From Amoebidium appalachense (taxonomy: Eukaryota; Protista; Ichthyosporea), in contig CAVNZM010000008.1 of the NCBI GenBank assembly GCA_963693365.1, positions 1,116,001 to 1,180,000 on the forward strand: a DNA stretch of 64,000 nucleotides, given 5' to 3'. Below, piece after piece: positions 38,823 through 52,129 of this stretch. The first letter of the stretch is position 1. Every line of letters begins with the position of its first letter. Made by a program: the position numbers and the translations under genes. The notes below the pieces were generated by a model that did not search any database, had not been told where the DNA came from, and saw nothing but the letters and a program-made list of their open reading frames with translations.

Positions 38823-39542
38823 CTCCCTCCTTTCCCGCCCTTGAAATAGTATCTGAGTTGGGTTTCGTTGACGAGGTGAATGGGTCGAAACCCGATTGCT
38901 GCGGATGACGTGGACTCCCCCCCCTGATGATGGGCTCTGCTTATTATGTATACTCTTTATGTGCGGTTTGCACTCTGCATCGTGCTATACGTTGTTCATG
39001 TGTGCTTCGCACTTTATGACGCATTCAACCCCCCCCCCCCCCCCCCCCCCCCCTTTCTCCCCCCCCGGTCTCCCACGTCCTCCCCTTCTCCCACAGGGAA
39101 ACGATGACTGTTTAAGACTCCCACGTAGATGGAGGGTTGTTTAAGCGGGTACTTTGATTGTTTGTGTCTGTGTGATGCACCGTGCTCATGTTCCTTGGTG
39201 TGTGCGTCTGTACTTCTATTCTTCACTTCGGCCTCAAGAATATTAACTCCCCCCCCCCATCCCCCCCCCCCCCCCCCCCCCCCCCCCCGCGCATCCGCCC
39301 GTTTCCCCTGTGTTCCCCCCGACCCCTCTCCCAAACACACACACACACCCCATCACCCGCAGCTACACGAGAGGTTCACCGTGTCGCTCCACATTCGCTG
39401 TGGCTCCCCCCGGCTGCTCCTTGGTCTTGCCCGGCTAGACTTGCGCTGGGCCGTGTGGTGTGACAACACGCCAGACACCCTGCTGGAAGCGGTCAAAAGA
39501 TGGGCGGGAATGGTGTGTGTGTGTGTGTGTGGGGGGGGGTGT

Positions 39543-39580
<38 letters not shown>

Positions 39581-40841
39581 ATGTGTGTGTGTGTGTGTGT
39601 GCGCGTGTGCGCATGTGTGTGTACGTTCGTGCGTGTGCGTGCGTGCGTGTGCGTGCCGTGTGTGCCGTGTGTGCGTGCTTGCGTTGAGGGGGGGGGGAAG
39701 GGGAAGAGGAGTGAGGAGAGGTGAAAGTTTGCATATATGAATTTCTTATAGATACTGGTGAATGAAAGGTGATGATCAACGGTGGGTTTTTCTGTTGATT
39801 CTGTTAAAAGTCTACAGGAGGGGTGCATATGTGTTGTGCAACCGAGCCCCCCCTAACACATGCACAAATAGGCTTCCCAACTTTTTGCGGTAATTTTGTT
39901 TTTTGAACATATCTTTGTCTACCCAGCACCACTCGCACAGGTCCCAACACCCAACACCCGTTGTTCGTTGCTTTTTCAACCACAAAACTTACCCCACACA
40001 TCCATTTTCCCCATGTATTTGGTACCACAAAAACACAACTATTATTCATTTTTTATCACAAAGACACCCGCACACATCCATTATTCATTATCATATTCAT
40101 TGCCTTTTCTACTACCCTTAAAACACACAGTCCAAACAAGCACATTCTCCTTCCTCCCTTAACCTCTTCAGGCCTGCACTTAGTGATTTGGCCGGCAGCC
40201 GGCCAGCCTTAAACATCAGCACTGCAGCTCTCAAAATCGATAGAAAAAGCCCAAATAAATTGTAAATATCGACACGCCTATGCGCTACCTACATACGTTT
40301 CTTAGTTGGTTTGGGGAGATATCATTATTTCGTATACTTTGGTATCTGTTTCTGTGTTTCTGAAGTGGCTATCTTTTGAAATTTGCCGGTATGAACAGGT
40401 TAAACTCTAACACTCCCCACCTCCCCCCCACTCCCTCCCTCTTCCAGCCTGGGCTGTATTGCCGCATGCAGCTAGCAAGTGTGCCGCTAGCAGAGGGCAG
40501 TAGCAGCCAACCGCTGTGGGCGCTACCGGGCATAGACCAGACCAACGTGTCTGTGCTTGTGTGCCATCCAAACTGCAGCTGTGCGCCAGCAGAGGAGCGA
40601 CATCCACAGGTTTGGACAGCCCCCCCCCCCCCCCCCCCCCCCTCTCCCTCTTTGACCCCAGAGAAGACAAAACAAGCTGTAATCACGCACTCATGATGCC
40701 GACACGTGCACATGCTAAAGAGGGGCACACACGTGTGAGCACCCAAACCCAAACACCCACACACTTGGGTAAATACACATGCACCTTCTTCCGTCCACAC
40801 TTTCCCTGCCCCTGCCCGTGCCGCCGGCCCCCTTCTCTCTA

Positions 40842-40881
<40 letters not shown>

Positions 40882-41110
40882 TTCTGCCGCCGCTCCCTCT
40901 TTTGCCGACTATGCTTTTTTTTTTTTTGGAATGCTTCCCCCCGCGTTTATCAGGTATCATTTATCACGTTTGCTGCATCGTGGTTTTGAGGGGCATATTT
41001 GTGCTTCATACAATGCCATGCTTGTGTACACACCCCTAGACCCTCATTCTTACATCAAGTGCTTGTTTTCTCATTATTTCCGACTGTAAAGGTTGCTTCT
41101 ACGCCCCCTT

Positions 41111-41144
<34 letters not shown>

Positions 41145-41239
41145 TCCCCGGGCCAGTACACAGACACATACACACACACACAACCCACCCTTCCCCTCCA
41201 CCCATCGACCTCACACACACACACTCGCACACGCACGTG

Positions 41240-41279
<40 letters not shown>

Positions 41280-41318
41280 ATCCACCCTCCCTTCCCCCTT
41301 CCACACACACACACACGA

Positions 41319-41350
<32 letters not shown>

Positions 41351-41404
41351 AAGCACACACACACACACACACACACAACCCACCCTCTCCCCCCTCCCAT
41401 CCCC

Positions 41405-41480
<76 letters not shown>

Positions 41481-41943
41481 TTTACTCAAGCATTCATGCC
41501 ACCTCAATATGCTGCCTCATAAACCCTCACACCCATGCACTTCCACACTTCGCTTTTCTTCATCTGTGCATCACTAACATTTGGTGCCGAATCATTGCTT
41601 GACACGCACGTATATCTAACCCTTAATTCTATGCTACAGGACCCCTTCATACCGCTGCGAACAAAGCATGTGGGGCTCAGCAGAACAAGTGTTCCACCCA
41701 GCACAGGCACACAGGAACAAACAAAACGGCCCAAGAAAACCACAAGTGTGCCGGAGAGGGAGAGGGAGGGGAAGAGACGGAGGGTGGGCGAGGGGCAGGG
41801 GGTGGGGGAGCCACCGAGACAGGCTCCAGCCCTTTTCCCACCCACACACAGGTGAGCGGGTGTTCTCTTTGGCAGAAATTCTGACACGCGTATGGGGACA
41901 AGGGGTGTGCGAGGGAGAAAGGGTTGTGTATGTGTGTGTGTGT

Positions 41944-41983
<40 letters not shown>

Positions 41984-42230
41984 TGGGATGGGAAGGGGGG
42001 AGGGGGGGAAGGGGGGGGAGTCGGGGGCTGTTCATTGTATACGAATGAGATTATGGGACTTGGCGTGTTGACTGTTGGGTGGTTGGTTGCTCGGCTGGTG
42101 GTTTTCCATGGTTGCTCTTGGCAGGGTGTCATGAAAGGTTCTGATTAGTTTATGTGGAGCAAATGGGTGAATGGCGGGGGGATAGGGGAGGGGTGGCTTT
42201 GGTTGTGCGTATTTGTGTTTGTGTGTGTGT

Positions 42231-42269
<39 letters not shown>

Positions 42270-45200
42270 TCGTTAAGAAAGGTTTTGTTTTGGCGCGCCG
42301 CATTATGCAAGCAGTGGCTAGTCACACCTCCCTGGTATCCTCACTCACTGCCTTCATTCTGTGGCCCAAGATATTTGCCTTTCCGCACTAACACCCCCCC
42401 TCCCCCCCCCCCCCCCCCCCCCCCCCCCCCGTTCTTCTCCCTGTCTCCCCTCCTTTCCCCCCCTGTCCCCCCCCCCCCCTTCCATGCAACCGGGCATGGT
42501 TGCTCTGTGTCGTGCATCTGTAAGCACATACACATTTTTCGCTGCACTGCATTAGTTTGCACACACATCTTCACCGTTTTGCTCACCTTGCTTGCATAAG
42601 CAACCCTGCTCGTCTTTGATCAAGACGGGTTGACCCGCCCAAGCTCAGTTGATGCTGCTGTCTGAGTTGGAGTGTCGTATATACGCGGGCTAAGGGGTCG
42701 AAACTCAGACGCAATTGATGACTTGGGTCCTCCCTGAGGATGGGCTCTGCTTATGACGCATACTGTGCACATGGCTGATGTTGCATACTTGAATGTTTGC
42801 CTTTGCATGTGTCCTGCACCATGCTTCTCGTCGTGTATGCGTACTTTGTACCGTGTTCCGCATTCAAAACCCCCCCAGTCTTCTTTCAGAGGTGTCCTTT
42901 CAGGACAGACCACTGTGTGGAGACCGCTTTACTTCCATGCAACCGGGCATGGTTGCTCTGTGTCGTGCATCTGTAAGCACATACACATTTTTCGCTGCAC
43001 TGCATTAGTTTGCACACACATCTTCACCGTTTTGCTCACCTTGCTTGCATAAGCAACCCTGCTCGTCTTTGATCAAGACGGGTTGACCCGCCCAAGCTCA
43101 GTTGATGCTGCTGTCTGAGTTGGAGTGTCGTATATACGCGGGCTAAGGGGTCGAAACTCAGACGCAATTGATGACTTGGGTCCTCCCTGAGGATGGGCTC
43201 TGCTTATGACGCATACTGTGCACATGGCTGATGTTGCATACTTGAATGTTTGCCTTTGCATGTGTCCTGCACCATGCTTCTCGTCGTGTATGCGTACTTT
43301 GTACCGTGTTCCGCATTCAAACCCCCCCAGTCTTCTTTCAGAGGTGTCCTTTCAGGACAGACCACTGTGTGGAGACCGCTTTACTTCCATGCAACCGGGC
43401 ATGGTTGCTCTGTGTCGTGCATCTGTAAGCACATACACATTTTTCGCTGCACTGCATTAGTTTGCACACACATCTTCACCGTTTTGCTCACCTTGCTTGC
43501 ATAAGCAACCCTGCTCGTCTTTGATCAAGACGGGTTGACCCGCCCAAGCTCAGTTGATGCTGCTGTCTGAGTTGGAGTGTCGTATATACGCGGGCTAAGG
43601 GGTCGAAACTCAGACGCAATTGATGACTTGGGTCCTCCCTGAGGATGGGCTCTGCTTATGACGCATACTGTGCACATGGCTGATGTTGCATACTTGAATG
43701 TTTGCCTTTGCATGTGTCCTGCACCATGCTTCTCGTCGTGTATGCGTACTTTGTACCGTGTTCCGCATTCAAAACCCCCCCAGTCTTCTTTCAGAGGTGT
43801 CCTTTCAGGACAGACCACTGTGTGGAGACCGCTTTACTTCCATGCAACCGGGCATGGTTGCTCTGTGTCGTGCATCTGTAAGCACATACACATTTTTCGC
43901 TGCACTGCATTAGTTTGCACACACATCTTCACCGTTTTGCTCACCTTGCTTGCATAAGCAACCCTGCTCGTCTTTGATCAAGACGGGTTGACCCGCCCAA
44001 GCTCAGTTGATGCTGCTGTCTGAGTTGGAGTGTCGTATATACGCGGGCTAAGGGGTCGAAACTCAGACGCAATTGATGACTTGGGTCCTCCCTGAGGATG
44101 GGCTCTGCTTATGACGCATACTGTGCACATGGCTGATGTTGCATACTTGAATGTTTGCCTTTGCATGTGTCCTGCACCATGCTTCTCGTCGTGTATGCGT
44201 ACTTTGTACCGTGTTCCGCATTCAAAACCCCCCAGTCTTCTTTCAGAGGTGTCCTTTCAGGACAGACCACTGTGTGGAGACCGCTTTACTTCCATGCAAC
44301 CGGGCATGGTTGCTCTGTGTCGTGCATCTGTAAGCACATACACATTTTTCGCTGCACTGCATTAGTTTGCACACACATCTTCACCGTTTTGCTCACCTTG
44401 CTTGCATAAGCAACCCTGCTCGTCTTTGATCAAGACGGGTTGACCCGCCCAAGCTCAGTTGATGCTGCTGTCTGAGTTGGAGTGTCGTATATACGCGGGC
44501 TAAGGGGTCGAAACTCAGACGCAATTGATGACTTGGGTCCTCCCTGAGGATGGGCTCTGCTTATGACGCATACTGTGCACATGGCTGATGTTGCATACTT
44601 GAATGTTTGCCTTTGCATGTGTCCTGCACCATGCTTCTCGTCGTGTATGCGTACTTTGTACCGTGTTCCGCATTCAAAACCCCCCCCCCCTTCCTCCATC
44701 CCCCCCCTCCATCCCCCTTGCAGGCCCCCACCCCCAGTCACTGTGCCGACCACTGCAAGGACGCCAACAACACATCCCCCACAGCCGGGTTGGTCCCTCC
44801 CCCGCCCCCCCCCCCCCCCTCCCCCCCCCCCCCCCCCCCCCCTCCTTAAACACACACATACACACACCAACATATAATGCATACTCACACACATACCCAC
44901 ATGTGGTGTACTCGTGAGTGCTATTTTGCAGAATGTCAGTTGTCTTTTTCCATCGTCAATGTGCACTTTGCACTAATAACACTTTCTCCCCCCCCCACCA
45001 CCACCACACACACACACACACACAAACACACGCGCGCACAAACACAAACAAAAACACCAACATATTATTCTTCTCCCACCACCCCTTTGCACAAACCAAG
45101 TCTATCTCCTGTGTAGTTTCCTTGGTTTCTCCTACATACAACTCAGCCTCTGGTACATACAACTACTCGCACTACGGCGGTTCTGCCCGTCCCTTTCCAT

Positions 45201-47884
45201 TTAGATCGATCCATCCCTGCACCAATCAAAGGCTTTGTTTGGTAGAAATCACATGCTGACATGCACATGTGTCTCTATCCCACAGGCGCTGTTGGTTGGG
45301 GTCTTAGCCCGGCACTTTCGTACAAATCCGCAGAGGAGAAATCAGAGCCGGATATCATCGAAGTCGACCCTCCCATAACCCAACCACCGTCAGCTGGCCC
45401 TGCATTTGAAGGGAACAAACCGGGGCTTAAAATAGCCAAGCCGGCACTCAAAGACAACGTACCAGCACAACTTCTGCGGTGCTCCCACGGCTTGCTCATC
45501 CACCAATGTGTGCTCTGCTTCATTCCCCCGCCCAAGCCACCCATGAGCCAATCAAAAGCCCCGATTACAGCGCCAACACCAACCACACCGCCCGTAACAA
45601 CTATTCCAACGCCGAAACGGTTTTTCCCGGTTGTCCCACCCGTCCGATCTCCGGTCGTCGAACGCCCAACGCCCCCCCTTCCACCCCCTTCCACGGCTCA
45701 CCCCTCCTTCCCGCCGTTTGCACGGCCACACCCATTCAGCGCCGCCCCACCGGCACCCAGTCCACGAATCAAATGCGAGGATCCAACAGCCAATCATACG
45801 TGGCCACTGCCCGTTGACACGCAGCCAGCCCGGCCAATCAAACGCGAGCAATCCTTGCCGCCCAACCACCACCCGTTTTCGGCCACCAACGACCCCCCCA
45901 CCCCCCCACTCCTACCAGTCACCCCACAGCAGCCACCAGCAGGCACCCACCCAGCAGCCCCGCCCCCCCACATGTCAAATGCCAGGAGGGACACCAACCC
46001 CACACCTTCCCCCCCCCGTCCCCGCCGGCCCCCGCCCCTCCCTCGCCACCGCCACCAAATGCCCCTGCCTGTATGCATGGGGAACCCATGCATGCAAAAG
46101 ACGCGCACTCGTGTCCGTTGTGTTTGGCCCCGCCGCCGCCGCCACCACCACAAGGCCCTGCCTGTGTGCATGGCTTTCCCATCCATGCTAAAGACATGCA
46201 CGTGTGTCCGTTTTGTCTGGCGCTGGGCCTGTGTAAGCATGAGAGGGAGTCTGGGTCGTGTGATTTGTGTGCATCCGAACGGGCAAACGAGCGAGCGGAA
46301 ACAAGCGACACCCCGGGAGTAGCGAAGGAAGGAGGAGCGTGCTCGCATGGGTGGCAGGATGGGCAGTGTGCTGTTTGCCACCCATGTCGACACTCGTTGG
46401 CAAGAAGAACATGTCAGTTGTGTCGAGAGGAAGAGGCGAAACAGAGGAGTGGGGAAAACCCTCAGGAGTGGGAGGAGAGGTTGGTGACGGAAGAGCGGAG
46501 AAGGTATGAGGAGGCGGAGGTGGCTAGAATGACGGCGCAGTACGAGACCTACATGGCCCAAAAGAGACGGTTTGAGGCATATCTGAAGGAACAGGAACGG
46601 TTGAATGCGGAAAAGAAGGAAAAACGAATGATGGGGGATGTTGTGGGCGAACGAACGACGGAGACGGAGCGGATCGACGAAAGTGAACAGGCGAGCGATG
46701 GGGAAATGGAGGAGAAGGCAAGCAAGAAAACGAGGGAGAGAAAATGCCCGCATGGTCTACCGCATCGGACAGAGTGCATCGAGTGTTGGCCTCGTGCGTT
46801 CTGCCCCCACCAAATCCTTCGGTCGACCTGTGTAGAGTGCAAAGACAAAGCGACGCGCATGTGTCCGCATATGCATGATGTAAGGACATGCCCGACATGT
46901 TATCCCAACCGGTCATTAAAGCGCCTGTACTGTAAGCACGGGATTCGCAGGAGATGCATCGAGTGTTCCCCGCGATATTTTTGCCCCCACCGTATCCCTC
47001 GGTTCACGTGCGCGGAACACAAGAAAACGACCATGTGCCCACACTCGCTCACCGACTACCAATGCAAAGAGTGTTACAGTGAACGCATACGCAAATCGCG
47101 CGAGCTTGCGAGGTGTGTGCATGGGAAGACAGGCAGGCACCCGTGTAAGGAGTGTTGGCCCGAGCGGTTTTGCGAACACGACCGTGTTAAAATCGACTGC
47201 GTGGTGTGCACTCCAGCTGTCGCATGCAGCCACGGTAATCTTCGTCGTGAGTGTGTTTTGTGCCGGCCGGAGTTAGCATGCGACCACGGTAATAGGCGCA
47301 GCCAGTGTTTGGAGTGTACCGAGTTACGCGACAGGCAATGCGAGCATGGCAACAACCACGCCACATGCACCGTGTGCTACCCGGATAGGGCAAATATGCA
47401 CAGGTGTTTTCACGGCAAACAATCGCGGTCCGGTTGCAAGCGCTGCTGGAAGGAGAATGCCTGTGTGCACGGTTCGACAAACGGCACATGTGTAAAGTGT
47501 AAGGAGTTAAGGAGGGCACAAAACACGTGCGTGCACGGGAGGTCCAAAGCCAATTGTGAGCCGTGCGGGGGCAAGCCGAGAAAGAAGTGTGAGCATGGAA
47601 AGGAGCCTAACCGGTGCGTGGACTGTGGGGGGGTGTCGATCTGTGTGCACCGGAAGCTTAAGTTCATCTGCAGGGCCTGCAAGGGCTCTACTACGTGCGA
47701 GCACAGGTGTGTGATTCTAACAACAACAACCCCCCCCCCCCCCGGCCCCCTGGGCACCGCCTATGCTCAATATTATGGGCATCATCATACACACGAAGCC
47801 ATCACACATAACACACACACACACTCACTCACTTACACGCACACACACACACACACACATGCACACACACGCACATACACTAAA

Positions 47885-47924
<40 letters not shown>

Positions 47925-47956
47925 ACACACGAAAACATCACACGCGCACACCCATG

Positions 47957-48014
<58 letters not shown>

Positions 48015-48528
48015 ACACATCGCCAACACACACGCATGCACACGCGCGCGTGCGCACGCTCACACATCACACACCAACACTAACACATCGCACACGAACA
48101 CATCACACACAAACACACACACGCACATGCACACGTGCGCGGGCATATACGCTAACACTTCTGTTTCTGTTACTGGAAAGAGTATTCTGGTTTCATAGGC
48201 CCTTCCTCGCCTACCTCCCTTATGCATAATGGGTATCAAATGATTGCACAGCAACGTGTGTCGGGTAACGCTTCATTTCCATGTTGTAGCGGTGGCCATG
48301 GGCAGTAAGCAGCATGTGCCCCTGTAAGTCTTGGTGGTGGTGCAATTCTTTTGCCAAAATTTCAGCATGTGCACAAAATGCCCAAACGTACATTAACTTA
48401 CACACGTGTGTGTGTGTGTGTGCACTGACACATGCACACATCCTTGTGTTTACCGCTTCCTTCTGAAATGGGCGCATATGCAAGGACACGTACTGAAATG
48501 CGCATGCACACACGATGCAATCTGCACA

Positions 48529-48611
<83 letters not shown>

Positions 48612-49139
48612 ACAGATCCGACAAGAAAAACTGCCTCATCTGTGACGGCCGCTACATTTGCGCACACGGCATCAACATGTACCGCTGTGTCCAGTGTGGG
48701 GGGGGTGCCATATGCCAGCATGCTAGACCCCGCGTAACTTGTAAAGAGTGTGGGGGGTCTGGAATTTGCAAGCATCAGAAGCCAAGATGGAAATGCAAAA
48801 TATGTCGGAAGGCCAAGATGGTATGGAACCCCCCCCCCCCCCCCCCCCTCTCCTCCTCCCTCCCCCCTCCCCCCGGTGAATGATCCCTCCCCCCCCCCCC
48901 CCCCCTCCGCCACGGCATTTGAGCCGCTCGTTGTGCTTCTCTCTGTGTTCCGTGAACCCATGCAGTGTATGTCATGGCCTGTGTTTGCTGCTGTTTGGTC
49001 GTGATCTTACATTGCATGTACTGCTATTTATTTTTATATTTTCGACAACAACATCATCCACTAACAATAGAAGGAGAGTAGAAGACTTCAATAAAAAATG
49101 TTCTCATCCCCTCCTCCCTCCCCCCTTTTCCCTTCCCTT

Positions 49140-49174
<35 letters not shown>

Positions 49175-49404
49175 CTCGCCCCCACCTCTCCCCTGGTCCG
49201 TCCACCGGCCATCCACTCACTTGCACATGCGCGTTCCAAGCACACACACACATACACACACAAAATCAGGCTCATGCACGCACGCGTGCACACACACCCA
49301 AAAAAAACATGCATACACCATACATGTGCGCGTGCGTACACGCACTTACACGCACACACACAAGCCCACACACACGAACCACACACACACAACACGTACA
49401 CACC

Positions 49405-49451
<47 letters not shown>

Positions 49452-49729
49452 CTCCCCCCCTTCCCCCCCCCCCCCCCCCCCCCCCCCCCGGCCTCTCTCT
49501 CTCTTCTCTCACTTTCTCTCACCTACACACACACTCGTGCACGCACACGTGCACAGCATTCACATGCATGCATACCTTTGTGTCTGTAGCTGCAAGGCAT
49601 AGAACAATGGCAGATATGTGATAGGGGATGAGTGAGGTTGAGCGATACACCTAAGAGTGTAAGCAGGCTTACACACAAAAACACAGAGACACACAAAGTA
49701 TTACACGGTGTACAGCAAACGGCGCGTGC

Positions 49730-49763
<34 letters not shown>

Positions 49764-49773
49764 AACACACACG

Positions 49774-49857
<84 letters not shown>

Positions 49858-50457
49858 AATATGCAAAGGTTAAACACCACAGACACACACAAATACATGC
49901 CAATGGCGAAAGAATATGCACAGGCGTATCAACGCACGCACACACACGCACACGCACACACACACACACACACAACACACACACAAGAATAGCCATCGGA
50001 GTACAACACACACAAGCACACATACAAAAGCACACACACACACACAGGCACACAGGTAATGCGTGCAATGAGATGCTATGCATTCTGGGATATACTGGAA
50101 GGAGCAGCACACAAACAATACACACAGGCTCACACACTGACCCCACACGTCTATCCCCCCCCCCCCCCCCCCCCCCACATATCTTATATATATTTTCGGT
50201 GATCCCCCTCCCCCTCCTCCCCCTCTCCCCCCCCTCCCCCCTCTCCTTATACCTAAAGTCTATTCGTCGGTGCCTCCCCCCCCTCCCCCCCCCCCCCCCC
50301 CCCCAAAAAAAAAAAAGAAAAAAAAAAGAAAAGAAAATGTGCACTCGGTGGGCTTTATTTACGATGCATGGTCTTTTTGTCACTTTTGCAGAGCCTACAT
50401 TGTATTGTTCGTGACATATGTGTGCTCTGCATTTCCTCTCTGTGAACCATTCTAACC

Positions 50458-50492
<35 letters not shown>

Positions 50493-50755
50493 ATGTCTGC
50501 CTGGGCCAAAGACATGGCCATCTAGCATTCCCTGTCTGTTCATGGACACACGGGCAGAAACTGATGTACCCAACTTACACTTTCCCGTACGGACACACAC
50601 ACACACACGAACACACACACACACAGGCCGCAATGTCTTCCAACACCAATCCCTCTGAGACCGATACAGCCCCCCAACCCCCGCCCGAATCTGAGCAATC
50701 AGAGGATCATGACCCTAATCTACACTTTGATTGCGATTCAATAAGCAGCTCATAG
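36668..50755 (+). CDS. Large Pro-rich, coiled-coil protein with ~25 C-x-H-x(5-10)-C-x2-C repeats (paralog B); exons 36668-36992, 39097-39135, 39363-39512, 40448-40609, 41640-41851, 44724-44788, 45286-47706, 48616-48820, 50627-50755
   Basis: All junctions are GT..AG with consistent phases, and the exons are conserved in paralog A. Repeats such as [15 protein letters not shown] continue across the 47706/48616 junction. Frame breaks fall in C-runs (~36790-36830 and ~46010). Confidence 0.8.
36765..36975 (+). repeat. 27-30-bp coding minisatellite (PPTNNMPVH-type) in exon 1
   Basis: About 6-7 copies of cccacccacg(a/g)ac(a/g)aca..cctg; a single copy in paralog A. Confidence 0.85.
37660..38500 (+). 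repeat. 452-bp tandem array 1 (~1.9 units) in intron 1 of paralog B
   Basis: Units start at 37661 and 38113. Confidence 0.95.
42480..44680 (+). repeat. 452/453-bp tandem array 2 (~4.9 units) in intron 5 of paralog B
   Basis: Units start at 42481, 42934, 43386, 43839 and 44291 and are nearly identical to each other. They differ from array 1 by a few diagnostic SNPs. Confidence 0.97.
42595..42755 (+). ncRNA. Candidate structured intronic RNA (core of the 452-bp unit; first copy of array 2 shown)
   Basis: Nested complementary segments CATAAGCA/TGCTTATG, GCCCA..CTCAG/CTGAG..TGGGC and GTCTGAGTT/AACTCAGAC. Diverged homologues at ~15878-15975 and ~38846-38945. Confidence 0.35.
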
Positions 50756-51743
50756 TGTGGTGTAGGTAGGGTTCTTTCTTCTTCCACGTCTCGCTTTCGT
50801 GTAGTTTTTTGCTTCGATTTTTCACCTATCGGTCACTGTAGGTAGTCCAGGGAGTATGTTGATTGGAGACAATTGAACTTGAGCTTGTGCGGTGCATTTG
50901 TATGGCATGCATGCATGCAAAACACACTCACACACTCACACACGCACACTCACACACACACAGACACACACACAGTCATGTGCTTGCCCACACATTCACA
51001 TCATACACGGGCACGTGTACACACACAGTGACACACACACACACACACTGTGACACACACACACACACACACACCGTGACACACACCGATCAGATGTTTG
51101 CTTCTCTCTGTATACATTTACAATAAGTAGTTATCGGACGCACAATCACCAAAGAACTTTTTGCCGAGGACACACGTGTTAGCCTTTTTTTTTCAGAAAA
51201 AAAAAAATTACCGGGTTTTCCCCCCTGCGCACCGATCTTTCTGTCTCTGTTTTTTTATAAACACACGTTAACCTTTTGGCAGCCTCTGTTTCTTGATCCC
51301 TTTCTGTTTTTATCCGTTCTGGTTTGTAGGTGACTGTTCCTTTAATTTTTTATTTTTGGCCCAAATATATGTTCCCGGTATTCAGGTTTAGCGTGCGCAT
51401 GAATGAGGAATCAAGTAGTATGTATGCACAGCGATAGCTGCTTATGATGTTTGTAGGGTTTAATATGTAACTAATGTATTACTAATGTAAGTGGTTATAT
51501 GCAGCCCTGTGTTCCTTGGTAGGAATATGAAGGCACACGTGCAATGTACACTCTACTCTATGACGGGGTAGTCTGTGTATTGATGAGAATAGTGGCATGG
51601 GTGCACATGTGTGAGGTGTCGAATTTATTCTCTTGATTCGTCGTGCGATAAAATGTTATGGTCAGTAGATGAGGTCTTGATGCTTGGACATGACTTCCGA
51701 AGTTATACCTCCCCTCCCCTCTCCCCCAAGTCCAAAGTCATTA

Positions 51744-51774
<31 letters not shown>

Positions 51775-51824
51775 CCCACCCACCACCACCACACATAACA
51801 AAAGTAAAAAATAAAATGCTGATA

Positions 51825-51898
<74 letters not shown>

Positions 51899-52075
51899 AG
51901 CCCACCCATGGCCACCCACCCACCCACCACCACCACCACACAGACTAAGAAAAAAAAAAAAAAAAAAAAAGAAAAAGCTGATATGCCCCTCTCCCCCCAA
52001 CTCCCTCCCCCCCCACCCCCCCCCCTCCCCCCCGCCTGCCCGCCCGCCCGCCCAACCGCCCACCCCTCCACACGT

Positions 52076-52129
<54 letters not shown>

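Noticed and set aside
42696-42750. Hammerhead ribozyme in the 452-bp unit (CGAAAC upstream of CTGAGGA; CTGATGA in the 38.9-kb copy)
   Set aside because: The core words are present in type II order, but stems II and III and the UH site cannot be formed. Not supported without a covariance search.
42481-42933. 452-bp unit as SRP RNA, RNase P/MRP, U3 or an rRNA-guiding C/D snoRNA
   Set aside because: Only short motif resemblances. There is no SRP helix-8 motif, the P4-like strands are too close, and the putative guide sequences are not conserved among copies.
42620-44966. Repeated 62-99 aa ORFs on both strands of the arrays (e.g. [15 protein letters not shown])
   Set aside because: The unit length is not a constant multiple of 3, stops occur in each unit, and no domain is recognised. 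A short minus-strand peptide stays open in diverged copies but is too weak to call.
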